64,000 nucleotides of DNA from Candidatus Falkowbacteria bacterium (lineage in GTDB: Bacteria; Patescibacteriota; Patescibacteriia; Patescibacteriales; WJLG01), in the NCBI GenBank assembly GCA_963747695.1, contig CAVVFV010000010.1, forward strand, positions 5,618 through 69,617, written 5' to 3'. Below the pieces are notes generated by a model. That model ran no database searches. It was not told where the DNA came from and saw only the letters and a list, made by a program, of their open reading frames with translations. Each line of letters starts with the position of its first letter. The first letter of the stretch is position 1. A program made the position numbers and the translations under genes. Positions 45,313 through 54,858 of the stretch are shown here, in pieces.

Positions 45313-46764
45313 TTAGGCAGGATAATTTCCCGAATAGCAGGCTCCGCAAACTCCGCAATTAAGGAGCTTTTTGGTTACTTTTTCCAGAATATCCGGATAA
45401 AGATAAAAAAGCCAATCAACGCCGATTTTTTCCTTTATTTGCGGAATACTTTTCCCGACTGCCACCAGCTGGCTCACCGACTGGAAATCCATCCCGTTGT
45501 GGCAGGGATTAACAATGGGCGCAAAACCCGAGGCATAAAAAACCTTTGCTACTCCGGCCTGGCGAGATATTCCCGTGATCACTTCGCAAGTATTCGCCCG
45601 CACGATCGAGTCATCGGCAAAAATCGGATTTTTGCCGGCGATCAGATCGGGCCGCAAATGCAGTTTGCGCCGAATAGCCATTCTTCTCTCTTCCGTGGTG
45701 GTGGCGGTAAAAGAACGATTCTGATTGCCACCGCGCGGATTCCTGGTGCGGAAAAAAGCTTCGACATACGGCAAGCCAAGACCGTCCGCTAATCCTCTGG
45801 CGAAATATTCTCCCGAATCCATTATCGGCACAACGCAATCGGCGCCTTCTGACCGTGCTTTATCTTTTATTCGCGCCGCCATAGCTAAACCCAAGTGACG
45901 GCGAAAATCTTCCACATAAACGCCGTTGATCCGGGAACGGGGATGCATGAAATATACCGGTTCAAAAACGCACAAACGGGATTCGGCTTCAGCATAACGC
46001 ACCGAATGATATTGACAGCCGGATTCAAAGACTACCATTTCGCCCGGCTCGACGTCCCGCCAATATCGGGCGTCCATCTGGTCAAACGGAAATGTTTCCG
46101 AAGCGATGATATAACCGCCTTTCAGATAAGCCATGCTCAATGGCCGGACGCCATAGCGATCGCGGATGGCATAAATCTTTCCACCCGCCATAATCAGAAA
46201 AGAATAAGCGGCTTTAATTTCGGCCAAAGCAGCCAAGATCCTCTTTTCCAAATTATCGCCGTCGGAGCGGGAAATCAGATGGGCAAAAACCTCCGTGTCC
46301 GTGGTGGTAGTAAAGACCGCACCTTGCTTTTTAAGGTCAGCCCTGGCTTGTTCAATGGCTACCAGAGTACCATTATGCCCGATTGCCATATCGCCAAAAG
46401 GCATGTGAAACAAAAATGGCTGGACATTTTCCGGAGAATCCGGATCGCCCTTGGTCGCATAACGGCAGTGGCCAATCGCCATGCTGCCAGGCAATTCCTC
46501 GGCGCAAAGCACATTGTCATATTCGCGAAATTGAACACTGACCGGCCCCACTCTGCGTCGTTGATGGGGTTTGCCGTCGTTATCAGTGATAATGCCGGCG
46601 CCTCTTTCGCCGCGCGGTTCGAGACCGATCAGTCCATCGAGGACATAACACGAAGCTGTCGGAATGCCGATTGCGCCGACCAAACCGCACTTTTCCTGAA
46701 AAAAATCACGCATCGTAAAGTCTAGCTCATCGTCAATACTGCCAAACAAATAAGGATAGTTCAT
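45313..46764 (-). CDS. purF: amidophosphoribosyltransferase
   Basis: 483 aa. A 25-aa propeptide precedes the catalytic 'CGLVGAIG'. PRTase region present. C-terminal Cys cluster 'CGVCGACYSGNYP'. Confidence 0.85.
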   Translation of the reverse strand: MNYPYLFGSIDDELDFTMRDFFQEKCGLVGAIGIPTASCYVLDGLIGLEPRGERGAGIITDNDGKPHQRRRVGPVSVQFREYDNVLCAEELPGSMAIGHCRYATKGDPDSPENVQPFLFHMPFGDMAIGHNGTLVAIEQARADLKKQGAVFTTTTDTEVFAHLISRSDGDNLEKRILAALAEIKAAYSFLIMAGGKIYAIRDRYGVRPLSMAYLKGGYIIASETFPFDQMDARYWRDVEPGEMVVFESGCQYHSVRYAEAESRLCVFEPVYFMHPRSRINGVYVEDFRRHLGLAMAARIKDKARSEGADCVVPIMDSGEYFARGLADGLGLPYVEAFFRTRNPRGGNQNRSFTATTTEERRMAIRRKLHLRPDLIAGKNPIFADDSIVRANTCEVITGISRQAGVAKVFYASGFAPIVNPCHNGMDFQSVSQLVAVGKSIPQIKEKIGVDWLFYLYPDILEKVTKKLLNCGVCGACYSGNYPA

Positions 46765-46900
46765 GGCTAATTCCTTTCCGGGAAATAATCAATTGATAAA
46801 GAACTGGAACTTTTAATTTTATGCTTATAATATAAAAATATCAAGAGCCTTTCTTGATTGCTTGATAACTTTAAACTTTTAACTTTTTACTTATTACTTT

Positions 46901-47812
46901 TTATTCCTGTTCTTTTAAGGTTTGCTTCGGGGACGAGCCGGGTAAAGCTGAATTCTTATCGATTTTATTTTCTACCCGCAGGGTTAGGCCGTCGGTCTTG
47001 ATTTTTACCGTGCCGTTTAAATCAGTGCGGAATATCTGGGCGCCGACTTTGCCGAGGCGCCAGAGCGTATCGGTTTTGGGGAAACCGAATTGATTATTCA
47101 AGCCGCATTCAATCACGGCGATCCTGGGAGCGACTGCTTGTAAAAAATTAAGCGAAGAAGCGGTTTCCGAGCCATGATGGCCGACTTTCAAAACATCGGC
47201 CTGCACATTTATCTTATCCGCCAATAATTCAGTTTCAGTCGGCACGCCGGCATCGCCGGTGAATAAAAAGGCTTCGTTCTTATAAACCAGCCGGGCCACG
47301 ACCGAATCTTCGTTCAAATCCGCGCCAATATCATTCTTGCCGGGATGAATTATCTGTAAAACCAAATCCGGCCCTAAAGTGATATTTTCCGCTCCGGCGA
47401 CGATGTTCACCGGAGTTTTCTTCTTGGCGATAGTTTTTAAAAATTCTTGGAATGGCGGCGCGTTGCTTTCGGCGCGGCTCATTAGAATTCTGGCGACGCG
47501 ATATTTTTGCAGCACATCGATCAGGCCGGAAACGTGATCGTCATGCGGATGAGTATCAATAATTAAATCAATTCTTCTATCCAGCCAGGGCAGATTTCTC
47601 CCCAATTCAGCTAAAACTTTATTGTCCGGACCGCCATCAATCAAAATCGTCTGGCCATACGGCGTCTTGATCAATTCCGAATCACCCTGCCCGACATTTA
47701 AAAAATCCACTTCTAATAATTTCGCCGGATGATAAAAAAATAAAAAAAGGCAAAGGCTTAACAGAGCCGTTGCCGCGCCTAAAAATAAAAAAATCTTCCC
47801 CCTCCTTGACAT
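46901..47812 (-). CDS. ComEC/Rec2-type metallo-beta-lactamase domain protein (stand-alone, membrane-anchored)
   Basis: 'NVGQGDS', 'HPHDDHVSGL', 'LKVGHHGS'. The track start at 47839 is TTG; the ATG at 47812 is preferred. Confidence 0.8.
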   Translation of the reverse strand: MSRRGKIFLFLGAATALLSLCLFLFFYHPAKLLEVDFLNVGQGDSELIKTPYGQTILIDGGPDNKVLAELGRNLPWLDRRIDLIIDTHPHDDHVSGLIDVLQKYRVARILMSRAESNAPPFQEFLKTIAKKKTPVNIVAGAENITLGPDLVLQIIHPGKNDIGADLNEDSVVARLVYKNEAFLFTGDAGVPTETELLADKINVQADVLKVGHHGSETASSLNFLQAVAPRIAVIECGLNNQFGFPKTDTLWRLGKVGAQIFRTDLNGTVKIKTDGLTLRVENKIDKNSALPGSSPKQTLKEQE

Positions 47813-47868
47813 AAAATAATTATAACAAAAAATGAACAAACAAATAAGTCTCTTAAAAAATGAAAATA

Positions 47869-47916
47869 GATCCCTGCCTGCCGGCAGGCAGGCTTTGCGA
47901 CACGCTCAGGATGACA
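47869..47916. repeat. GC-rich REP-like palindrome ('cctgcctgccggcaggcagg') with 'caggatgaca' end
   Basis: Perfect 20-nt palindrome at 47873..47892. The end motif is shared with 58056..58088 and 61295..61344. Confidence 0.65.
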
Positions 47917-47953
47917 AAAAAGAAAAAAGCCGCCTTAGTTAACCAAGGCGGCT
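47916..47953 (-). terminator. intrinsic terminator after purA
   Basis: Stem agccgcctt/aaggcggct followed by TTTTTCTTTTTT on the minus strand. Confidence 0.75.
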
Positions 47954-47974
47954 TTGAAAATAATACTTGAAAGA

Positions 47975-49525
47975 TCAGACGATAATCGTTCCTTCCCGAT
48001 CGGCTGAAATGGAAGCGATCCTTATTCGGCCACCGGTTTGGGCAGTGACAAAATCAGCAATATCGGTGAGCTCTTCGGGAAAGCCGCGATATTCGGTGAT
48101 TCCGGCCAAACTCTTGAGCCAGCCCGGGAACGATTGATAATGCGCTTGGCAACATTCCAAGACTTCAGCCGCGGGGATCGCTACATCGATTAGGTCACCG
48201 CGATGCAATATTTTGTTACCATAGAAATAGGTATCGCCCTGGTAAACATAATAATCACAGACCTTGATGACCTCAACCTCGTCGAGCACGTCCAGCTTGG
48301 TCAGCGCCAGATCTTTCGTCGACCAGCGCATCGCGTGACGCAAAAGCGGCAGATCCAGCCAGCCGGTTCTTCTCGGCCGCTTGGTCGTCGCCCCGAATTC
48401 ATGTCCAGCGCGGCGCAGAGCGATGCCCTGGCGGAATTCGTCGGCGTCATTGACGGTGACATCCGGATAATCACGTTCTTCTATCTCGCGGGTGATCTTC
48501 CCTGAACTGCGGCCGTTGCACCAATCATCCGATCTCTTGCCGCCCAGTTCGGTCGGGAACGGGCCCGCGCCGACTCTGGTCATATAGAACCCTTTGATGA
48601 TCCCCAAACCCAGAAGACTAGGATCCGAAAGACCCAAACCTGAACCGGCGAGAAGCCCGTCCAAAGTACAATCGGAAGAAGTCACATACGGGTAAGTCCC
48701 ATGAAGGATGCTCAACAGAGCGCCCTGCGCCCCTTCGAAAAGGATTCTCTTCCTGCCGATGTTTTCCTTCATGATCTCATCAGTGTCCCGGACCAGGGGT
48801 GCCAATCTTTTGCCGTACTCGTCGACATACTTGGCAACGATGGCCTCGACATTGAAAATATTCTTGGGATCATAATAGATACCTTTCCCCAGACAATCGG
48901 CGTGCATCACTTCTTTGAGGATTTCCGGATCATAGCTGCGCAAAATCCGCAGATTATGCTTCAGATTATTCTTCAACTTTGAGACAAAAACATCCTTGTT
49001 CAACAAGTCGTTGATTACCAGGCCGCGCCTGCCGTCCAGATCGACGTAAGTCGGGCCGATCCCCTTGCCGGTCGTGCCGATTCCTTTTCCCCCCTTGGCT
49101 ACTTCACTGACTATATCCAAGGCAATGTGCACCGGCAAGGTTAGGTTGGCCCGTTGCGACAGATACAGGTGGTTATAGCTGAGTTTATTTTTTTCGAGAA
49201 AGGCCAATTCGCTATCGACCAAAATGGCCGGATCAATGACCATTCCCGAATCCATGATATTCATCTTGCCATCCTTATCATAAAGGATTCCGCAAGGAAT
49301 CAAATGGAGAATAAACTCGGTCAGCTTGCTCATTATGGTTACTACAACCGAATGACCGGCATTGCCGCCGCCCTTGCGGCGAAAGATAATTTCGGCCCAG
49401 TCAGAAAAAAAATCGACTAATTTCCCTTTGCCCGTATCTCCCCACTGGAGGCAGGTGACGGCGACGGTTTTCTTTCCCGCCGTCAGCCGAGAAATTCCTT
49501 TTGCCAAACGTGCTGATAGACTCAT
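47975..49525 (-). CDS. purA: adenylosuccinate synthase (long, atypical form)
   Basis: 'QWGDTGKGKLVDFF', 'GGNAGHSVV', 'GTTGKGIGPTY'. ATG at 49525 with a GGGAGA upstream. The alternative TTG at 49555 overlaps the guaB stop by 4 nt. Confidence 0.85.
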   Translation of the reverse strand: MSLSARLAKGISRLTAGKKTVAVTCLQWGDTGKGKLVDFFSDWAEIIFRRKGGGNAGHSVVVTIMSKLTEFILHLIPCGILYDKDGKMNIMDSGMVIDPAILVDSELAFLEKNKLSYNHLYLSQRANLTLPVHIALDIVSEVAKGGKGIGTTGKGIGPTYVDLDGRRGLVINDLLNKDVFVSKLKNNLKHNLRILRSYDPEILKEVMHADCLGKGIYYDPKNIFNVEAIVAKYVDEYGKRLAPLVRDTDEIMKENIGRKRILFEGAQGALLSILHGTYPYVTSSDCTLDGLLAGSGLGLSDPSLLGLGIIKGFYMTRVGAGPFPTELGGKRSDDWCNGRSSGKITREIEERDYPDVTVNDADEFRQGIALRRAGHEFGATTKRPRRTGWLDLPLLRHAMRWSTKDLALTKLDVLDEVEVIKVCDYYVYQGDTYFYGNKILHRGDLIDVAIPAAEVLECCQAHYQSFPGWLKSLAGITEYRGFPEELTDIADFVTAQTGGRIRIASISADREGTIIV

Positions 49526-49551
49526 AAGCAATTTCTCCCTCGGATAAGGTT

Positions 49552-51081
49552 TCAACGTTTGTAGTTCGGCGCGTCTTTCATATTGAGCAGTCCATGCGGA
49601 TGAGATTCGGCCAGGCCGGCGCCGGAGATCCGGAAGAAATCAGCTTTCTGCTGAAATTCCCGGATATTTCTGGCTCCAACATAACCCATACTGCTTCTGA
49701 TCCCGCCGGTAAGCTGATAAATCACGCCGGTAACGTCACCTTTGTATTCAACTTCTCCCTCCACTCCTTCCGGCACCAATTTATCGCTGGCTACTCCGCC
49801 TTGGCCGTAACGCTCGCGTGAGGCTTTGAAATCCAGCATCGCTCCCAGCGAACCCATCCCGCGGTAAATCTTGAAAGATCGTCCATCGTGATAGATTACC
49901 TGACCCGGCGATTCGGTGGTTCCAGCAACCATCCCCCCTACCATGACCGAACTGCCTCCGGCCGCAATGCCGATTGCCGCGTCTCCGGAATATTCAATGC
50001 CGCCGTCGGCGCATACTGGAATATTCATTCCTCGTACTGCCTGCTCGCAATTGTGAATTGCAGTGACTTGTGGACAGCCAACGCCGGCAGTGATTCTGGT
50101 AGTACAGATACGTCCCGGACCTTGCCCGACGCGTAAACCGTCAGCTCCGGCCCGAGCCAATCTTCTGGCCCCGTCGGCTTCGGAAATATTTCCGGCTACG
50201 ACATCAATCTGCGGATAATTTCTTTTGCAAAATTTAACCGTATCTCTGATCGCCTCAACCACGCCGCGAGAATTGCCGTGAGCAGTGTCAATCACTACCA
50301 CGTCAATTTTTTTCGGGCAAAGCAGTTCCATCCTTTCTTCCGCGTCTGCTCCGACTCCGATGCCCGCTCCGGCTCGCAAGCTTCCATCCGCATCGACATT
50401 ATAGCCGGTACGACTGCCGCTCAAGATGCGCTCGACGTCCTTCAGGGTAAAAATCCCTTTTAGCTTTCCGCCGCCGTTCAAGACGGGCAGGATCTTTTTC
50501 CGCCGTTTCATCATCAGCCGATATGCTTCCTGGATCGACATTCCTGCCTTGCCGGTAACGATATCCGTGGACATTATTTCCGAAATCTTTCTGCTCTTGT
50601 CCTCGCAGAATCGCAAATCACTGCGCGCTATCAAGCCAATAACTTTTCCCGTGGAATCAACTACCGGAAAACTGAAAAAATTATAGTCTTTTTCAGTTCG
50701 CATTTTCATTACTTGCTCGACCGTATCGTCAGGCGAAACTGTGATCGGATCAACGATGAAAGCACTCAAATAATGCTTTACCCGTCCGACCGCCGAAGCC
50801 TGATCCTTGGGCGATAACCCTTTGTGAATGATCCCCAGACCGCCAAGTTTGGCCATGACAATCGCCATTTCTGTTTCAGTAACCGTGTCCATCGGTGAAC
50901 TGACGATGGGAATATTCAAAGGCACGTTCCGCGAAAATTTGGTCTTTAAGCAAACATCGGGCGGCAAAACCTCTGAGTAAGCAGTCCTGATACGCACGTC
51001 ATTAAAACTCAAAGCCAATCCGGTGCGATCGATTTTTTTGAAAAAATCATCGCAAAGCCTTTTCTCCACTTTCTTTTTCAT
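49552..51081 (-). CDS. guaB: IMP dehydrogenase
   Basis: 'SSPMDTVTE', 'GGLGIIHK', a CBS pair, '[11 protein letters not shown]'. The ATG at 51081 has an AAGGAG Shine-Dalgarno 6 nt upstream, so it is preferred over the track start at 51141. Confidence 0.9.
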   Translation of the reverse strand: MKKKVEKRLCDDFFKKIDRTGLALSFNDVRIRTAYSEVLPPDVCLKTKFSRNVPLNIPIVSSPMDTVTETEMAIVMAKLGGLGIIHKGLSPKDQASAVGRVKHYLSAFIVDPITVSPDDTVEQVMKMRTEKDYNFFSFPVVDSTGKVIGLIARSDLRFCEDKSRKISEIMSTDIVTGKAGMSIQEAYRLMMKRRKKILPVLNGGGKLKGIFTLKDVERILSGSRTGYNVDADGSLRAGAGIGVGADAEERMELLCPKKIDVVVIDTAHGNSRGVVEAIRDTVKFCKRNYPQIDVVAGNISEADGARRLARAGADGLRVGQGPGRICTTRITAGVGCPQVTAIHNCEQAVRGMNIPVCADGGIEYSGDAAIGIAAGGSSVMVGGMVAGTTESPGQVIYHDGRSFKIYRGMGSLGAMLDFKASRERYGQGGVASDKLVPEGVEGEVEYKGDVTGVIYQLTGGIRSSMGYVGARNIREFQQKADFFRISGAGLAESHPHGLLNMKDAPNYKR

Positions 51082-51274
51082 CTGCAACTCCTTCCGTTGA
51101 TTTGATTGTTTATTGTAACGAACGCAATTTATATTCTTCATATAAATTAACCGCTAATCTTACAATATCCGGATCAAAATGTCAAAACCAAATTTTCTTA
51201 ATATCATCGATGTTGCCAAAATAAAAAGGGTTCTGCGTTAACAGAACCCCTGACTTACTAGACATCACGGAAAC

Positions 51275-53008
51275 TCAGCCGTGCCAGCAGAAACCGCGGT
51301 ACTTTGAATCCGGTCCGGTGACCAGAGCGACGTTGCTGTCTCGGCACAAAGCGAAAAAGTTTTCGTCATTTTTTGAACCGCTGGTGGCGAAAATCGCCGC
51401 AATTCCGGCATCGATAAGTATTTGCGGCCCGTCATTGAACGGAAAGAACGAATCACTGGCTGCGACAGCTCCTTTGGTAATATTGAGCCAATACTTCGTA
51501 TACAGCTCCGCGCACTCCCCGGCGTTATAGCACGCTGATCGGCAAGCGCGTTTTCTGGAGGTTTCGCAATCGCCCAAACCGATCAGTCGGCAGTCCTTCA
51601 CTACGGAAACGGTATTACTATTAGCGGAACGCGCGACCCCATCGGCCAAGAGCAGATCTTTTTTCTGCGAATCCGTAAGCGATCCGATACTCCGGTCCAG
51701 ATCGGCAGCTTCCAAATCTAGGACACAGGAATAGTTGGACTGGGCAAGAAAACCGCCGCGCAACTGACGATACATTATCGCCGGATTCAAGGTCAGTTCT
51801 CTCAGCGCCGGCAGAGCCATCAGCGGACACTTGCCCGTTTTCCTTTTGAATAACTCCGCTGCCTCGGCTGTAAAGCTGGGGGCGATCAGTCCGTCGGCCA
51901 TGCGCTTTTTGTCGCCTTTCATCATGTAATGCAACATGATGTCGGCCACTGCGGCATCGACTTCAAAATTGACCCCGCCGATGAAACCATAGATTGATTC
52001 CAGATCGCCGATGATCATATTTTTCAGAGCTTCATCCTTGCTCTCGTAACTGAACGCCGCCCCGAAAGGATTGCCATGCTTTACTCCGATGGCCAGATAG
52101 GGAACCGTCTCGAAATTTGCCTCGAAATTTGCCGAAGTCTGCACCAGCGAGGCGATCAGGCGGTTGAAGTCGGTCATATTGACATAGCCGGGTATTCCTC
52201 CGCCTTCCAAACGGCAATTGACCACGGAAAGCGGATCGGCGGCCGCAATAACATCGCGATACATTTTTGCCCACTGGTAGGCATTTTCCCCATACTTGAG
52301 ATTACTGACCAGTTCGCCGAGCATTCCCGCATATTTACCCTTGCCCCAATAGAACGAAGAGATAGCCCGATAGGTTGCCACGGTGAATTCCACCTTGGCC
52401 GCCAGCTCGGTAATAAATTCTTCTTTGTTCGGTTCGCCGGCTTTGAGCCAATCAATCACTTTTTTGCGGTCGGCAGGATCGCAGATGACGATCCGGCGTC
52501 CCTTGGCCCCTGAGCAAACCATTGTCGGTCCGCCGATGTCAGTCTTTTCCAGGACCGAAGCAGGCGTACTACTGGGATTATCGATCTCGGCTTGCAGCGT
52601 GTAAAAATCCACGCAAACCAAATCGATATAAGGAATGCCCATTTGTTCCATTTCCGCTTCATGCTCCGGCGTGTGTTTGGCCAACAGCCCGGCATGAACT
52701 TCCGGGATGAGAGTGACGACGCGATGGCCAAGCATCTGGCCGCTCGAAAGCAGCTTCGCCACTTCGGCGACAGAAGTCCCGGCGGCGCTGAACTTTTCTT
52801 CCAGTCCCGCGTCGCGGAACCTTTTTTCCGCTCTGATGCAGGAGAGTTCGGCCGTGTCCGTAACTGCGACACCGGCCGTCCGCAGAGTTCTGCCCGAACC
52901 GTCAGAAGCGATAATGCCGAAATTGAGCTTGACCAGCTCCCTGGCAAAATCCTCAATTCCATCTTTGGCCGTAACCGAAATCAACGCCCATCTTCTCTTG
53001 GAATCCAT
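51275..53008 (-). CDS. purH: bifunctional AICAR transformylase / IMP cyclohydrolase, divergent
   Basis: 577 aa. 'ALISVTAKDGI', 'RVVTLIPEVHAGLL', 'DIGGPTMV', 'KYGEN', 'VKHGNPFG', 'ASDSFFPFNDG'. These align by eye with E. coli PurH landmarks. Confidence 0.8.
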   Translation of the reverse strand: MDSKRRWALISVTAKDGIEDFARELVKLNFGIIASDGSGRTLRTAGVAVTDTAELSCIRAEKRFRDAGLEEKFSAAGTSVAEVAKLLSSGQMLGHRVVTLIPEVHAGLLAKHTPEHEAEMEQMGIPYIDLVCVDFYTLQAEIDNPSSTPASVLEKTDIGGPTMVCSGAKGRRIVICDPADRKKVIDWLKAGEPNKEEFITELAAKVEFTVATYRAISSFYWGKGKYAGMLGELVSNLKYGENAYQWAKMYRDVIAAADPLSVVNCRLEGGGIPGYVNMTDFNRLIASLVQTSANFEANFETVPYLAIGVKHGNPFGAAFSYESKDEALKNMIIGDLESIYGFIGGVNFEVDAAVADIMLHYMMKGDKKRMADGLIAPSFTAEAAELFKRKTGKCPLMALPALRELTLNPAIMYRQLRGGFLAQSNYSCVLDLEAADLDRSIGSLTDSQKKDLLLADGVARSANSNTVSVVKDCRLIGLGDCETSRKRACRSACYNAGECAELYTKYWLNITKGAVAASDSFFPFNDGPQILIDAGIAAIFATSGSKNDENFFALCRDSNVALVTGPDSKYRGFCWHG

Positions 53009-53178
53009 ACAAACCCCTTTCTGTGGGTTATAGATTAGCGTTTATTTACTAATCAATCGATTAAATTTTCCAAAGGACAGCTTTCCAAATTATCATAGGA
53101 AAAGTAAAAAGTCAAAACAAACAAATCGGAGGCGGCTGAAATTAAAAAAGCATTTCCTGTGAAATGCTTTAGCTTGAA

Positions 53179-53760
53179 TTATCCGAGGACCGCCTTTTTA
53201 AAAAGCGGGCGGACGAATAAAATGTACATCATAGTAGTTTGGATCGAGAGAAAAACTATTGGTTGGGCTGCTTCCGCAAATGTCCAGTGCTCTACGGCGG
53301 CGATTTGAACCAGACAGCTGACCCACATGATCGTCCAACCCAGCCCATTTTCAGCCTGGGGATTCTTCCAGGCGGATTCGCAGGTCGGGTAAGATGCGAT
53401 AAGATTGGCGGCGAGACAGGTGATGATGCCAAAATTCGAATCGCGGAAAATCAGCCAAAGAATTATGCCGACGCCCGCGCTGCCGAGGCAAAACATATCC
53501 ATCCGCTTCCAACCGGGATAGCCGAACTTGAGGACTAGGAAAAAAATTATCCAGTTTCCGAAAAAAGCGGCGGCGATTTGGGCGTTGACCGTTCCCTGGT
53601 TGATCATTCCGGCAAAAATGATTGAATCGAGAATCGACCAGATCAACCACGATATTTTTTTAGGCTCACTTTGACGGCGGCAAACGGCAATGCCGTAAGG
53701 AATCAGGCCGCCAAAAAATATCAAGCCGGCGATCGTCGTCAAAGAAAAAACACTTTTCAT
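53179..53760 (-). CDS. polytopic membrane protein, unknown function
   Basis: 193 aa with about 6 hydrophobic segments. No recognised motif. Confidence 0.6.
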   Translation of the reverse strand: MKSVFSLTTIAGLIFFGGLIPYGIAVCRRQSEPKKISWLIWSILDSIIFAGMINQGTVNAQIAAAFFGNWIIFFLVLKFGYPGWKRMDMFCLGSAGVGIILWLIFRDSNFGIITCLAANLIASYPTCESAWKNPQAENGLGWTIMWVSCLVQIAAVEHWTFAEAAQPIVFLSIQTTMMYILFVRPLFKKAVLG

Positions 53761-53880
53761 GGCAGCCTCCTTTCTGAGAATTTGGATTTGAATTTTTTAG
53801 CCGATAATTATGAACGTTCAATCAAGGATGTTAGAAATTAACATATTTGAATTAAAAAGTCAATGGCTGATTCTTAAAAC

Positions 53881-53903
53881 AAAAAAACGCCCGGTTAAGG
53901 GCG
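53881..53903 (-). terminator. intrinsic terminator after rpsT
   Basis: Stem cgccc-ttaacc-gggcg followed by TTTTTTT on the minus strand. Confidence 0.65.
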
Positions 53904-53951
53904 ATTTTTAGTCGCAGTCCCGAAACGGAGACCGCGACGGGGCAAAAATTA

Positions 53952-54221
53952 TTATTTGGCTTTTTTCATCTTGTTCAAGCGCAGATTGAGGCGTGATTTT
54001 TTGCGGGCGGCGGTATTTTTCTTGATGACGCCTTTTTGAGCGGCCTTGTCGAGCGCTTTCATAGTTTGCTTGACCAGGTCGGCGGCCTTGGCATTCTTGG
54101 CTTCGATCGCCTTCTGCGATTTCTTGATCAAGTCCTGGATATGAACCTCAATATTGTTATTGAAGGCGCGGCGCTTGATATTCTTGCGATATTCTTTCGC
54201 GGCGGATTTAATATTCGGCAT
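53952..54221 (-). CDS. rpsT: 30S ribosomal protein S20
   Basis: 89 aa. 'MPNIKSAAKEYRKNIKRR...AARKKSRL'. Confidence 0.9.
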   Translation of the reverse strand: MPNIKSAAKEYRKNIKRRAFNNNIEVHIQDLIKKSQKAIEAKNAKAADLVKQTMKALDKAAQKGVIKKNTAARKKSRLNLRLNKMKKAK

Positions 54222-54242
54222 AAATATTTTAATTAATAATTA

Positions 54243-54330
54243 AAAATGTAAATCTCAAAATGCAAAATTATAGAATTCGCCTGAGGCAAAAAAATACTAA
54301 TTAATTTTTCATTTTGACATTTTCATTTTA
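54243..54330. repeat. 'aaaatgNaaat' hairpin immediately downstream of tRNA-Pro
   Basis: Arms 54243..54269 / 54303..54330 are imperfectly complementary. Same family as 54796..54847. Confidence 0.7.
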
Positions 54331-54340
54331 CACTACTTTG

Positions 54341-54411
54341 TCGGGCTGCTGGGAATTGAACCCAGTCTACATGCTCCCAAAGCACGCGTACTACCGGTAT
54401 ACGACAGCCCG
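54341..54411 (-). tRNA. tRNA-Pro (anticodon TGG)
   Basis: Cloverleaf built by hand. Acceptor CGGGCTG/CAGCCCG, anticodon stem CGTGC/GCATG, loop TTTGGGA, T-arm CTGGG-TTCAATT-CCCAG. No encoded CCA. Confidence 0.8.
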
Positions 54412-54550
54412 TCTTCGTCACCCTGCGGGCGACTTCGACGGGTAGAGCCCGCGTAACCCGCACTAATCTATTAACCATTATTTATTTAGAAAAATAATTT
54501 CCGTTATGGCCGTTTTCGTCACAAGGATTTAATAAGGTCCCATCGGAAAT

Positions 54551-54708
54551 GTGATTTTGGAAGGCATCGTTTCCGTAGCGAAACCGAAAAAATCAGAGAT
54601 AGAATTTTTTGGATTTTTCGAGACGTACTCGCGTACGTTGAGAAAATCCGAAAAATTATAGCCTGATTTTTACGGTTGCAGCAGGAAAAAGATGCCTTCC
54701 AAAATCAC
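54551..54708. repeat. 158-nt long imperfect hairpin 5 nt downstream of tRNA-Phe
   Basis: 18-bp perfect basal stem 54551..54568 / 54691..54708. Apical palindrome acgtac-tcgc-gtacgt centred at ~54630. Confidence 0.8.
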
Positions 54709-54713
54709 CCCTG

Positions 54714-54785
54714 TGCCGAGGGTGAGAATCGGACTCACAACACAGCGATTTTCAGTCGCTTGCTCTACCACTGAGCTACCTCGGC
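54714..54785 (-). tRNA. tRNA-Phe (anticodon GAA)
   Basis: Acceptor GCCGAGG/CCTCGGC, D-arm GCTC-AGTGGTA-GAGC, anticodon loop CTGAAAA, T-arm GTGAG-TCCGATT-CTCAC. No encoded CCA. Confidence 0.85.
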
Positions 54786-54795
54786 GAAAATACTG

Positions 54796-54847
54796 TAAAA
54801 TGCAAATCTCAAAATGAAAAATTTTTCATTTTGACTTTTTCATTTTA
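54796..54847. repeat. 52-nt palindrome immediately downstream of tRNA-fMet
   Basis: 54796..54821 against the reverse complement of 54822..54847, with few mismatches. The 13-bp core 'tcaaaatgaaaaa/tttttcattttga' is perfect. Confidence 0.8.
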
Positions 54848-54858
54848 AACTACTGTTG

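Noticed and set aside
49552-49554. An alternative genetic code (UGA recoded), as in some CPR lineages.
   Set aside because: guaB and purA end at TGA at the positions homology predicts. All large ORFs are intact under the standard bacterial code.
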